DNA of 63,638 nt, counting the filler, from Stramenopiles sp. TOSAG23-3 (lineage: Eukaryota): NCBI GenBank assembly GCA_900128585.1. It is 12 parts of 12 records of this genome, joined end to end, with 100 filler letters (N's around TTAATTAATTAA, not from the genome) between each part and the next. Parts side by side here need not be neighbours in the genome. Positions count along the whole stretch, not along the records: positions 39,901 to 45,485 come from LT643482.1; positions 45,586 to 51,169 come from LT643483.1; positions 51,270 to 56,853 come from LT643484.1; 9 more parts are not named here. One strand, given 5' to 3'. The translations under genes were made by a program, and so were the position numbers. How positions within the stretch are numbered: position 1 is the first letter of the stretch; every line of letters starts with the position of its first letter. Of the stretch, positions 42,912 to 54,175 are shown one piece after another. The notes below the pieces were generated by a model. That model was given only the letters and a program-made list of their open reading frames with translations. It made no database searches and was not told the DNA's origin.

Positions 42912-43672
42912 TCTTCTAGCATACCACGGGGCGCTAGTAGGTTTGAGAGAGAGGCGAATTGCAAACCAGCGTTGCCCCACGTTTACGTCGAGTAAAAGTG
43001 GGATGGAATACAAGTACAGTCTAGTCCCAATTTTCACGCGTGATTCGGTATAGGTTGAGAAGAAGTATCAGCATAAACGACTACAATAGTAGAGAAGAAA
43101 AAGAGAGAGAGAAGAGAGAAAGAAAGAAAAAGCTTGTTGTAGTTAATATAATAGTATGTATTAGAATGAATATTAACATATAATTAAACTGTGGTAAAAA
43201 AAATAAAATTCTACTAACTACAACAGCAAGCAGTCAACGCAGGTACCGTAGGTTGGTGTATTCCTCGTTTAAATACCGTACCTATTTTAATACCGTATAA
43301 CCGCAATCAGATGGGGTGTATACGTTTATTATATTAGTCTGCGTCTTGCATGATGTCTAGAGAGAGAGAGAGAGAGAGAGTGAAAGTGAAAGGAAGAAAG
43401 TGAAAGGAAGAAAGTGGGAGGAGAGAGGAGAGAGGAGAAACAACAACTGCTACGGTTATTATATTGTAATCCGTCGTAACCTACCCTCTCGTAATGTAAC
43501 CATGTGAACTCTCTCTCCTCCGGTTCTTCTTTTCTGTATTTTTGATAGAGACTTAAATACATTACAATACATAAGAAGTTATCATAAGTACAATATAATA
43601 TTAAGATGAAAACATCAGGAGAGTTTTTTCTTCTCAACAAATTCCAACAAAAAAAAATAATTAATCCTATAC

Positions 43673-44575
43673 TTACGAACGTAGTTCTAAATCCAAGTCA
43701 TCGTCAAAATCGTCTCCAAAATCATCGTCGTCAAAATCTGCTGTATCGACCAAGATGTCTCGTTCAGAAGACGCAGAGCGCACTCGACGCCGGGTAGAAC
43801 TTCCCGCGTAGCCCTGGTTGTCGCGGGAGCCACTGCCCCATATATCTTCGTCTTCGTCCTCATCAAAAAAGGCCCCGTCGGTGGGGATCCCTCGGTAACG
43901 GTGTCTCGCACTATTCTGTCTCTTTCGTACCCAGAAAGTGACAACTCCGACACCCAGCACGCCACATATGCTAAGTATAACAAGCCAGTTTGTACCTCCC
44001 GTTGGCGGCTTGACCCCACCGTCACTTACACGAGCGGGTGTGGCCTCCAACGCTCCCTTCGTATTGCTCGCAGAGCCAGCGGCGCTGCCTGCCGGCAATG
44101 GCTTTGCGTCCGACGCGCTTACGGGATCCCTTGTTCCCTTCTTTCCACTGTTGACCGGTGCCGTGATCTGCGGCGTTTTCTTCGCTTGCGCACTGTCGGT
44201 GTTTGTAGTGGCACTTTCGCTGTTTCCCGTGGCAGCCGGTGTCGCTGGCGCTGGTGGTGGCGGTGGCGGCGGCGGTGGCGGCGGCGGCGGAGGCGATGGC
44301 GGGGTCGCCGCACCACCCGTCGCTCCGTTCGACACGGCCGCACCGCTTGTCGCCGGGGTTGGCTTGGTCTGGGCCGCCCCGGCAGCGGCAACTGGGACCA
44401 CTGCTGCTGGTGCAGGTATCGTCACGACAGGTGACGCTGCGCCGGAAGCGCCGCTGGACCCTTCACCCAAACGGGCACACTCTGCAAGATCTAAATTAAT
44501 ATGTATCGTCGCGCACACGAGACTCATGAAAAAGAGCGCGGAAACCGTCCTCCCGCCGCCTGTTCTCCGCTTCAT
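43673..44575 (-). CDS. Type I membrane protein with Pro/Ala/Thr-rich ectodomain and acidic cytosolic tail
   Basis: N-terminal hydrophobic signal, poly-Pro tract, TM WLVILSICGVLGVGVVTFWV followed by RKR, tail with YRGI and acidic clusters. Confidence 0.8.
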   Translation of the reverse strand: MKRRTGGGRTVSALFFMSLVCATIHINLDLAECARLGEGSSGASGAASPVVTIPAPAAVVPVAAAGAAQTKPTPATSGAAVSNGATGGAATPPSPPPPPPPPPPPPPPAPATPAATGNSESATTNTDSAQAKKTPQITAPVNSGKKGTRDPVSASDAKPLPAGSAAGSASNTKGALEATPARVSDGGVKPPTGGTNWLVILSICGVLGVGVVTFWVRKRQNSARHRYRGIPTDGAFFDEDEDEDIWGSGSRDNQGYAGSSTRRRVRSASSERDILVDTADFDDDDFGDDFDDDLDLELRS

Positions 44576-45296
44576 CTTCGTAGAAGAAGCACACTGAAGC
44601 ACAAAGTGGTAATAGTGTATCTTTTAAATGGTAAAAACGTTGGTATATTGTTATTGTTTTTGTGCTATGTTCTAAATGGTCTAATTCTAGATTTTTTCTG
44701 TTTGTTTGTTGTTTGTGTGACATGAATGATGATTTAAGATAATAGAAGAGATAGATGGGTTAATTATTTGTAATAATGATTTTTTGTTGTATGAGTTTTT
44801 TATTATTATTTATTATTATTTACCATAGTAGTAGTAGTAGTATTAATACGGTACCTCGGGTATTATATATAAATACCAGGTAAAGGTAAAAAGCTTGAAC
44901 GTCCTTCCGTATTATTCACAGCATCAGCATCAGCAGTGTGTTGCTTCTTCTTCTTCTTCTTTTATCTTCTTCTTCTTTTATCTTCTTCATATTTATAAAT
45001 ATCAACAACGTTCATCTTCTTTCTTTCTTTATATACAATATATTATAGTCTAATGAAGTATAATTACCTATTTATTTTAATACATGGGAGACCTATTGGC
45101 ATTGGCACATTGGCACTGTTTGCTATTTGCTTTGCCCTATTACAGTATTACAGTATTACAGTGACATTACAATGGAAGAATAATGTAATGAAATCTATAA
45201 AATCTAATCTAAAATGTAAAGATGTCTATTATATATATAAATTGTATAGCATTCATTGTAAATACATTCTAATTAATAAAAAATAACAAATCTATT

Positions 45297-45485
45297 CCTT
45301 CCTTCTTCTTCTTCTTCTTCTTCTTCTTTCTTCTTCTTTCTTCCTTCTTCTTCTTTCTTCTTCTTTCTTCCTTCTTCTTCTTTCTTCTTCTTTCTTCTTC
45401 TTTCTTCTTCTTTCTTCTTCTTTCTTCTTTCTTTTTTCTTCTTTCTTTTTTCTTCTTTCTTCTTTCTTCTTTCTTCTTTCTTCTT
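45297..45485. repeat. Polypyrimidine (TTC/TTTC) microsatellite at contig end
   Basis: C/T-only run leading into the gap. Confidence 0.93.
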
Positions 45486-46012
45486 NNNNNNNNNNNNNNN
45501 NNNNNNNNNNNNNNNNNNNNNNNNNNNNNTTAATTAATTAANNNNNNNNNNNNNNNNNNNNNNNNNNNNNNNNNNNNNNNNNNNNAAGAAAGAAAGAAAG
45601 ACTCTGTGTAATATAACTACTAAGTAAGCCTATATATAGTATACAATAATAATCCTTTCTTTGTATTTTAAATCACTCTCTACTAATTAGTAGTTAAAAT
45701 ATTAGTTAGACTACAGTTTGAAACAGACTGGTTTGTTTTTTTATGTTGGGGAGCCTTACTAATTATTACTGCCTCCTTTCTTTAAATTTAAAGAACGAAT
45801 TGAACGAAGAAGAAGAGTTAAATAAAAAAGAAAAGGGGGGAGTAATTAATTAGTGAAGAGTGTATTCTAATGGTTGTTATTCCTATGAAAAAGAAGAACA
45901 ACGTAAACAGAGCAAAACAACGTTTCTCCTTTTTTATGAAAGAATCTCAATTGGATTAACATAAACACAGTAAAGGAAAAAGCAAAATAAATAAAACCAT
46001 TATTCCGATTTC

Positions 46013-46052
46013 TATTTCCATATTTCCATATTTCCATATTTCCATATTTCCA
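46013..46052. repeat. 8-nt tandem repeat x5, about 130 nt upstream of the 46183 start
   Basis: (TATTTCCA)5. Confidence 0.93.
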
Positions 46053-46182
46053 TATCGGTTTGATGGATTGATGGATTGGTTCTCCAGCGTAAAGAAAATG
46101 TTGGTTCTTTCTCGCACGCGAATCTTGCACCGATTCAGAGTTTGTTCGTTTAGTATTTTGTGCATGTTCTATAGACCGGATC

Positions 46183-47647
46183 ATGAAGATTGATTTTGTT
46201 GTCTTGTTGCTATCGTTGGTGGTCGTCTTTGGGGTGGTCGAAGCGAAAACGACCGACGAGCTCATTGAGGAGGCGGAGAAGTTGTTAGGATCGGCACCAC
46301 ACGTAGTTGCGGCCCCGCCAGCACCAGCAGCGGCACCGGCACCGAAGGCGGCGGCTGCGCAGCATGCACCGCTGGCCCGGGCGATGCCTGTGCAGCAGGC
46401 AAAGCCGGCTGGGGGCGATATGCGCTTCAGGAATTCTGGACCGTTTGGAGGCGCGGAGGTGAACTTGGCCGCACCCCGGCAGGCACCAGGAGCGGCCTTT
46501 GCGCCCATGATGCCAGGCGTACAGATGCAAGGCATGCCAATGCCAAACCAGCAAATGCCAGGAATGCAGATGCCTGGCATGCAAATGCCAGTTGCCCAGC
46601 AACAGCAGCAGTTTGCGCAGCGGCCCATGGGGATGCCCGTGCAGCCAGCACAAGGGCAGCCCCTCCCCGGCCCGCCGACGCGCCCGGCGTGGACCCCTCC
46701 GGCGGCCGGGGCGGCCACGCAAAGTAGTGTACCCGTCGGGGGTATCCCGCCGCCGCCCGCGATGTTATTAGAAACTCAATCGCAGAACGGCCTTCGTGGA
46801 AAGCGTCTGGAGGACGGGATGAACGCCGCCGTGTTCGGGTACGGGAGAGTCGCACCGGGCGCCCAAGCGTCGTACGGGGCCCCCGCGTTCGGGGAGCGCA
46901 GTGCAAGGTACAACCCCGCCCCCGTCTCCGCGGCGAGAGCCCCCCAGGGCGGATATAGCAAAGTCAACGAGATCGCGAAGGCGGAGGCGTGGCAGCGCGC
47001 CCACCAAAGCCAAGCAGCGGCCGCCGCCCGGAAGCCCCAAGCCGTCGCCCCCCCCCCGGTTTCGCCAGCTTTTCCCACAACAGGCAAACCCGATAAACCC
47101 TTTTTACCAACAACACATGGCCAAGTCGGGCGAAGCAGACGCCATGGCGCTCCACAATAGTATAGCAGAGCTGAACAAGATCCCGGACGCCTCGCAAATC
47201 GTAGACAGCAACGCGCGAAGCAGTAGCACGGACGAGGGCAGCAACCCACGGTTTGCAGAAAACATTGTAAAAACGTTACCCGACTTGGCGAAAGCGGCAA
47301 CCGGGGACACCACCAAGGCCGCGCTGAAACAGCCGGTCGACGATAGAGTAGTTTCGAAGCCGCAGTACGACAACCAAAAGCCTGCAATCGAGGCGAAGAA
47401 GAGAGTAGAGGAGAAAAAAGTGGCGAAGGCGGCGGCGCCGCCCGCACCGGCCGCTGGGGTGCACCACAAACGGCACCACCACCCGGTCGGTCTGCGCCGA
47501 AGGGCATCCGCGATCATGCGTTTTAACCAAATCAAGCTCGGCCATTTTAAGCCGTCTGCGAGCCGCATTGTATTCCACGACTGGGTCGGGAAGTCGAAGG
47601 CCAGGGTAGCGGACAGGATCAGGCGTACTCTTATCAGGGGTAACTAA
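46183..47647 (+). CDS. Secreted Pro/Ala/Gln/Met-rich protein, split by a probable +1 frameshift in a C10 run (47048-47057)
   Basis: Signal peptide MKIDFVVLLLSLVVVFGVVEA. Removing one C joins ORF 46183 to the 46901 frame (...QAVAPPRFRQLFPQQANP...). Confidence 0.72.
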
Positions 47648-47848
47648 CTGGCGCGCGCGCGTCGTCTGTATTTAAAAAAAAAAATTAAATTAAATAGTTG
47701 AACGCTATCCCTACATAATTACGATGCTTGCTCTTTATATGTAATGAACAAATCTTCTACTGACAGACTACTCTCATCTCTCTTCAAGATGTAAATTGCG
47801 GTGGTACAAGGATCGTAGCGGGCCCTGGTCTGGCACCGTCGTTCCTCC

Positions 47849-48805
47849 TCAGCACGAGTAAACGTCGCTCGGCAGATCGTCCTTGCTCGGAAAGCTGCTC
47901 TGGGTGCCCTCCCCCCCCACGCTAATCGTGGCGCAGTAACACGCGCGGCGGCAGGCTTCTGGCAATTCCAACCCTTTCCCAATAAAGTAAGACAAAGAAC
48001 CAATGAAGCAGTCGCCAGCCCCCGAGGTGTCTTTCACATCGACGTCCTTCTGCGGCACCCCCACGAAGGTCGGGCTGTCCAGGTCGTCTTTGGACAGTAT
48101 CAGGCACCCCCGCTTGCCCAACGTCATGATCACCGTCTTGCAGCCCTTGTCAATCAACTTTCTTGCAGCGCGCACCGCTCCCTCGGATGAGTCTACCTTT
48201 TCGCCCGTCAGAAGCTCTGCTTCCGGCTCGTTCGGGGCAATGATGTCGCAGGCCTGAAAAATGTCATTCGGCAAATCGGCACGCGCCGGTGCGGGGTTGA
48301 ATATCGTCAGCGTGTTGTTCTCTTTGGCCACTTTCAACGCCTCTAGCGACACCTCGACCGGGATTTCCAGCTGGCATACCACGGCCTTTGCGGCCGAAAT
48401 CTCGCTGGTAGCTCCCCTCACGTGCTCTTTCGTTATCCTGTCGTTCGCCCCGTTTACTATAACGATGCAGTTCTGCCCCGCGTCGTTCACGAAGATAGGG
48501 GCAACCCCCGTGGCCGTGTTCCCGATGGTGTGCACGTGCTTGGTCGATATACCAACTTTTTCATAGTTACCAACGGTGTCTTTCCCAAAGGTGTCGTCCC
48601 CCACGCACGTCAGCATCCCCACCGTACCGCCCAGCTTTGCGGCCATCACCGCCTGGTTAGCACCTTTCCCACCAAACCCCGTCTCAAACTTTGAACCATG
48701 CAACGTTTCCCCCTCTGCTGGAAACCGAGGGACGTACGCGATAAGGTCGATGTTCGACGCACCTACAACAAAAACTTCCGGAGCAGCAGCCACAGACGAC
48801 GACAT
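47849..48805 (-). CDS. RBKS: Ribokinase (PfkB family)
   Basis: VVGASNIDL, GGKGANQAVMAAKLG, PNEPEA, TLGKRG, DTSGAGDCFIG. Confidence 0.95.
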   Translation of the reverse strand: MSSSVAAAPEVFVVGASNIDLIAYVPRFPAEGETLHGSKFETGFGGKGANQAVMAAKLGGTVGMLTCVGDDTFGKDTVGNYEKVGISTKHVHTIGNTATGVAPIFVNDAGQNCIVIVNGANDRITKEHVRGATSEISAAKAVVCQLEIPVEVSLEALKVAKENNTLTIFNPAPARADLPNDIFQACDIIAPNEPEAELLTGEKVDSSEGAVRAARKLIDKGCKTVIMTLGKRGCLILSKDDLDSPTFVGVPQKDVDVKDTSGAGDCFIGSLSYFIGKGLELPEACRRACYCATISVGGEGTQSSFPSKDDLPSDVYSC

Positions 48806-49633
48806 TGTACACTACAACTTCAATATATAATTTATACGTAAACAGCTATACCTACAATATTGACAAAGAGCGGAAAATCTTACTATTTCAATTTCTAGGA
48901 AACAAAAAAAAAAAAGTACAGACAGCTCCTCTTCTAGTTTGAATTTAAAAAGGCGTAGAATCCATCCATTGGTCGGCATTCGGCACTCCTCGGCACTCGG
49001 CACTTCTACTTCTCAATAATAATGTTTTTTTTTTAACCCATTCTCTATCCTTCCTCCCTCCCTCCTTCTTCTTCTTTCCTTCCTTCTTTCTCCACCACCA
49101 AAAACACAAAATAATTATACTATAATAATTATAGGGAATTTGATATTAAACACTACGTATTAAATACACTCAAGTATAATTAAAGTATTCTTAAAAAAAT
49201 GAATCATCAGAACTGAACTGATCTCATAGATTATAGTCTAGATAACATATTTAGTGATTATGTTATACTAAGTAAAATTGTAGTAATTGTACACTGTGTG
49301 TATGTAAACACTTTCGGAATAAACGTTTATATAGGTATTTATACGATTTATTTATGATTTATGATTCTTCAAGCACAGTATAGAATTTATTGGATATAAA
49401 AAATAATAATAATAATAATGGTGGTGGTGGTGGTGGTGGCCACACAGTGCGCCATAATAATAAAATAGGCATCGAATTTTTGACATTCCTTCTGCCCGAA
49501 CGCGTTAACGTATGATGACCTTTACAGAAAGAAAGGAAATACATGTCTTGAGAAAAAGGACGACCGAGCTTCATTTTATACAACAAACGAATTTTACGCA
49601 CCCGTATTCATATTCAACACCACAACGTAAACT

Positions 49634-50839
49634 ATGGCGCAAAAACTTGTCATCATCGGTGGAGGGAACTCCTCGGCGATTATGGCCTGCCTGGGAAAGC
49701 TGGCAGGGTACCACACCACCGTGCTCACTCGCAAGCCGGAGAAGTGGTCGGCCACCCTTGGTTTCAAAAACGAAGATGCTGGGTATTTGCCAGAAGCAGA
49801 GTATTCCGCGACCGTGGACAGCATAACGTCTGACCCTGCCACGTGCATTCCAGAGGCTGACGTTATTTTCATTGCGGGCCTGCCTATCCACTTGAACCCG
49901 GTAGTGCTGCAAAATATCAAACCCCATATCAACCGAGAGAAGGAGTTCTTGATCGGGACCATATGCGCCTATGGAGGCTTCAACTGGGTGTGCGCCCAAG
50001 AGCTGGGCCCGGGAAAGTACCACATTTTTGGTACCCAGTGCATCCCATGGTGCTGCGGAACCGTCGAGTACGGAAAAACTGGCGTCGTGTTTGGCGCGAA
50101 GCGTTTCATTCGAATTGCAACGGAGGACGGAAAAGACGGCGTCGGCGCAAAGGACGCCATGGGGAGAATCTTGCAGATTAAGGACGTGCGGGACACGGAC
50201 TTTCTAGCGTGCACCTTGTGGCCGAACAACCCGTGGATTCACCCTCCGATTTTGTACGGGGTCTTCAAGGATTGGGATGGAAAGTCCCCGTACTCTGGGA
50301 AAGGGATGGGCAAAGCAGTCCCCGACTTCATTTACAAAGATTTGCGCCCCGGGTCCGTGGAGTGCTTGGAAGTCTTGAACAAGGAGCTCGTCGAGCTCGT
50401 CGCTGCCCTCTCGCCGCTTTACCCGGAGGACCCCCATTTGCAAGAAAACTACAACCTCGACTACTGCATCCAAGAGAATTACCTAGAGCAAGTTACAGAC
50501 AAATCTAGCATGGGCTCCACGTTCATGACCTGCGCCGCTTACGCCAAGCACCACATCCCTTACACCACGGTGGAGGGCGGGGTTGTACCGACTTTGGCAC
50601 ATAAATTCTTCGAGACGGATTTGCCGTTTGGGCTTTGCACGTACAAGGACATGGCCATTATGGTAGGCGTAGAGACGCCATTGATGGACAAAATTATCAT
50701 TTGGAACCAGGGTTTGATCGGAAAGGAGTACCTGAACCAGGCGACTGGGAAAATGGACGGGGCACACGCCAACGAATGCATCCTGCCATCCGCCCTTGGC
50801 TTGACCAAGACCACGCTGCTCCGTGGTTGCAGAGAGTAG
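49634..50839 (+). CDS. Opine (octopine/tauropine-type) dehydrogenase family protein
   Basis: Rossmann motif IIGGGNSS, GGFNW, GTQCIPWCC, IHPPILYG, TDLPFGL...AIMVGVETPLMDKIIIWNQ...GKEYL. Confidence 0.85.
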   Translation: MAQKLVIIGGGNSSAIMACLGKLAGYHTTVLTRKPEKWSATLGFKNEDAGYLPEAEYSATVDSITSDPATCIPEADVIFIAGLPIHLNPVVLQNIKPHINREKEFLIGTICAYGGFNWVCAQELGPGKYHIFGTQCIPWCCGTVEYGKTGVVFGAKRFIRIATEDGKDGVGAKDAMGRILQIKDVRDTDFLACTLWPNNPWIHPPILYGVFKDWDGKSPYSGKGMGKAVPDFIYKDLRPGSVECLEVLNKELVELVAALSPLYPEDPHLQENYNLDYCIQENYLEQVTDKSSMGSTFMTCAAYAKHHIPYTTVEGGVVPTLAHKFFETDLPFGLCTYKDMAIMVGVETPLMDKIIIWNQGLIGKEYLNQATGKMDGAHANECILPSALGLTKTTLLRGCRE

Positions 50840-51269
50840 ACGTAACTAGGGCCAGAGGCGCGGAGGACTCCTCTCATTATGAAAAAAAAAACTAATGATG
50901 TTATTATGAATAAATCGCCCGTTATTACTTCGTAATTACGAGTTCATTTAATCTGTTTTACAAAAAATGTTTTTAAGAATCTTTCTCCCCCTTATTTTTA
51001 TTCTGCGTTTTAACCGTTTAGGAGACCCAGAAGGTACACTTACATCTGTATCATATGTGTATATGATACGACCACGAAACGATCAAACTCAACAATACCG
51101 ATCATTATTTCATTGAGCAGTACCACAGACAACGAGCCCCTTTAAAACATTTATGCCGCTGTGTACTTTNNNNNNNNNNNNNNNNNNNNNNNNNNNNNNN
51201 NNNNNNNNNNNNNTTAATTAATTAANNNNNNNNNNNNNNNNNNNNNNNNNNNNNNNNNNNNNNNNNNNN

Positions 51270-51464
51270 CGTAAGGTCGTACACCGTGAGTTTGTTATCA
51301 TCACCACCCGCTGCTATATATTTCGAATCGTGCGAGAAGGCGATGGAATTAACGCAATCCTCGTGTTGAAATCCAAGGATCCCAAACGGCTCCTTTCCCA
51401 CTTCCCCTTCGACCGTCGCCGTCTTCACTGATTCTGCCGGTACAATTTGATTTTCTTTCTTCAT
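51270..51464 (-). CDS. WD40-repeat protein, 3'-partial
   Basis: FQHEDCVNSIAFSHDSKYIAAGGDDNKLTVYD runs into the linker. Confidence 0.8.
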
Positions 51465-52625
51465 GTCTCTAAATTTAATTGCCCCTAAAAATCGTTCAAT
51501 GCTCTCCTTTTCTCAAACTTCTCCCTCTCTCTTTCTCCCTTCTTCTTCTACAAATTATCATCATACATGTCACACATGATTCATCTACAATAAATCACAT
51601 GTCGTCCACATCTCTCCACTACGAATATAAACACCAAACTCCTCGTCGTCTTCATTAAAATTATCGTCTTCTCTCTTCTCTCTCTTCTCTTCCATATATA
51701 ATAAATAATATATATAGTAATAGTATTGATAAAATAAATAATAATAAATAATAATATGAGAAACTGACTCTACTTATTAAAATACTAAATCTAAATAATA
51801 AATAGAAGATTACATCTTGTAATAGCACTATATAAAATAAAATAAATAAAATTTTAAATTTTATTATTTTTAATTTTAATTTTAATAATAGAATTAATAG
51901 AAAATGAAACGGATGGATTTTATTTTTTATTTTTTGAGGATTCCTATCCTATAATGTGACACTACTAAATATATAGGGAATATAAAATGTATTCTTTTTT
52001 TATAATATAAATACATATTTATACTTATAATTAATTATTCCTATATTTTATTGTATACTTATATTACACTTTCATAACCACCACATTTAAATAATTATAA
52101 TCTATGCTGTATAAAGGTAAGGACAGGCACCTGAATTTTTATTAAATCCTTATTGTGTACCTGTTAAATGTTATGGTAGATAATTAATTAAAAACTCGCA
52201 TTTTTTGTTGTTGTTTTATTTTAGTGGCGTAGGATAAATTAATTAAATACATAAGAATAGGGAGAGAGAGATTAAAATAAAAAATAAAAAAAGAAGAAAG
52301 AAGAAGAAAGAAAAAAAATAAGAAAGAAGAAAGAAGAAAGGAAGAAAGAAGAAGAAGAAGAAGAGAAGAGAGATACATTTTCATATACCTTTTTGTATAT
52401 TGCCGCTTTTTCTAATGTAGTCTAATTTTTTCTAAGGGGCTCTTCTATATTTGAAAAGTATCTTTTTCTATGCTGTGAAAAGAACTTACATGTTTCTTCT
52501 GTTTATTAGTTCTAAGCTCAGTCGTAGGGACAACAGAGAATGATCGTTGGGAGTTAGGGGGGGGTACTGTGGTTGCTGTAGTTTTTTTTCCCCCTTCCGT
52601 CTATCGCACGCTCAGAGAAACAACG

Positions 52626-53906
52626 ATGGCGTACCGGCCGTACTCCGGGGCCCTTCGAAAATCCTTTGAACGGCACGTTTTGGGTCGGACGGCGGGCCCC
52701 GCCGTATGCATCGTGGACATGAACCGGGTCCGCCTTCAGCACCGGCTCTGGGAACAAAACCTGCCGAACGTTCGCCCCCATTACGCCGTCAAGTGCAACC
52801 CCGACCGGCAGATTCTGAAAATGATGAACAGCGAGCTCGACGTCGGGGTGGACTGCGCGGGGATAAACGAGATATCGTTGTGCCAGGACCGAAGCGGCGG
52901 GGTGTACTTTCGCCCCGAGGACGTAATTTTGGCAAATCCCATGAAGGCCCCGGAAGACTTGAAGCGGGCGCACATGCTGGGGATTAACCTGATGACCGCG
53001 GACTGCGTGGAGGAACTGTACAAGATCAAGCAGTGCCACCCGGCCGCGCGCGTCATCCTTCGCCTGCAGGTCGACGACACCTTCAGCCTTTGCCGTTTTT
53101 CTGAAAAGTTTGGGACCAGCGTGGAGGACCTGCCGGTCCTCTTCGAGACCTTGAACGGGTTGGGGCTGGACGCCGCGGGCGTGTCCTTTCATGTCGGGTC
53201 AGGGTGCAAGAGGGCCGTGGCGTACGACATCGCACTGCGAACGTGCAGAAAGGCGTTCGACATTGCGCACGACCATGGGTTTACGGTGGAAACGGGGTTT
53301 GACGTCCTGAACGTCGGCGGGGGGTTTCCTGGGTACAAGCTCCCGGACGAGAGCGAGAGCGCGGACTTTGTCGAGGTGGCCGGGGCGATCAGGCGGGGGC
53401 TGAAAGAGTACTTTCCAAAGCACGCGGGTGGAGCGGAGGGGGGAAGCGCGGCGGGGCTGAAGCTGATGGCCGAGCCGGGGCGGTTTTACGTGGCAAGTTC
53501 GCACACGCTGTACACAACCATAGTCGGAAAGAAGCGCGCGCGCGGGGGGGAAGCCTATACCCACTACTACATAAACGATGGAACGTACGGTTCGTTCAAC
53601 TGCATCGAAAAAGACCACGTCCAGCCTCGGCTTGAATGGCACCGGGTGCACGAGAGCACGGGGGCGCAGCAGCAAAAGTTGACGGAAGCCACCGTGTGGG
53701 GACCGACGTGCGATTCGTTGGATTGCGTCCAACGGAACGTGCTCCTTCCCGACCTGGAAGTGGGGGATTTGCTGGTCGCCCAGAACATGGGTGCATACAC
53801 GACCTCGGCGGGCGTGGCCTTCAACGGCTTTCCAAAACCAGAAATGGTGTACATAGACGAATGGCAGACTGCCGCAGACTCAGAAAATGGTTTATATAAT
53901 GTTTGA
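52626..53906 (+). CDS. ODC: Ornithine decarboxylase (PLP fold III)
   Basis: PHYAVKCN (PLP lysine), SFHVGSGC, VGGGFPG, EPGRFYV, SFNCIEKDH, WGPTCDSLD, MGAYT, FNGF. First ATG at 52626. Confidence 0.93.
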   Translation: MAYRPYSGALRKSFERHVLGRTAGPAVCIVDMNRVRLQHRLWEQNLPNVRPHYAVKCNPDRQILKMMNSELDVGVDCAGINEISLCQDRSGGVYFRPEDVILANPMKAPEDLKRAHMLGINLMTADCVEELYKIKQCHPAARVILRLQVDDTFSLCRFSEKFGTSVEDLPVLFETLNGLGLDAAGVSFHVGSGCKRAVAYDIALRTCRKAFDIAHDHGFTVETGFDVLNVGGGFPGYKLPDESESADFVEVAGAIRRGLKEYFPKHAGGAEGGSAAGLKLMAEPGRFYVASSHTLYTTIVGKKRARGGEAYTHYYINDGTYGSFNCIEKDHVQPRLEWHRVHESTGAQQQKLTEATVWGPTCDSLDCVQRNVLLPDLEVGDLLVAQNMGAYTTSAGVAFNGFPKPEMVYIDEWQTAADSENGLYNV

Positions 53907-53968
53907 ATTTTTAAACTGTGGTATTTTGTATTATATTTTACAAAATTACAAAACCAAGTTAGGATTAG

Positions 53969-54024
53969 TAGGGTATGAGGAAGCTAAATTTAATTATTAC
54001 TATACTTAATGAATAACAGCCAAT
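53969..54024 (-). repeat. Dispersed ~54-nt element, copy D (expanded central part)
   Basis: Reverse complement reads ATTGGCTGTTATTCATTAAGTATAGTAATAATTAAATTTAGCTTCCTCATACCCTA. Confidence 0.85.
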
Positions 54025-54175
54025 AAAAACTGGTGTAATTTTTTTTTTTTAATCACCTTTAATTAAAACTTTTTTTAAAAACAAATTTTTTTTGTTTCGT
54101 GCAATGTGCGCAGTCCGCACAGGTCTTTCTTTAAGGTTTTAATTATAAATTTCTCGCCACACTGTACATTTCAAT

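Noticed and set aside
4903-47057. Genome-wide Euplotes-style stop-dependent +1 frameshifting, since four frame breaks (near 4905, 15630, 24046, 47050) are all +1
   Set aside because: Four of four is weak evidence and there is no shared slippery motif. The GH27 break lies upstream of the stop in a gene that is truncated anyway, another is in a homopolymer, and conserved housekeeping genes show no breaks.
33949-48851. Shared 13-mer TAAACAGCTATAC upstream of DP (33949) and ribokinase (48839)
   Set aside because: A single 13-nt AT-rich match is expected by chance in a window of this size.
49634-53906. Metabolic cluster of opine dehydrogenase and ODC (amino-acid/polyamine pathway)
   Set aside because: The two genes are on different contigs separated by the linker at 51170-51269.
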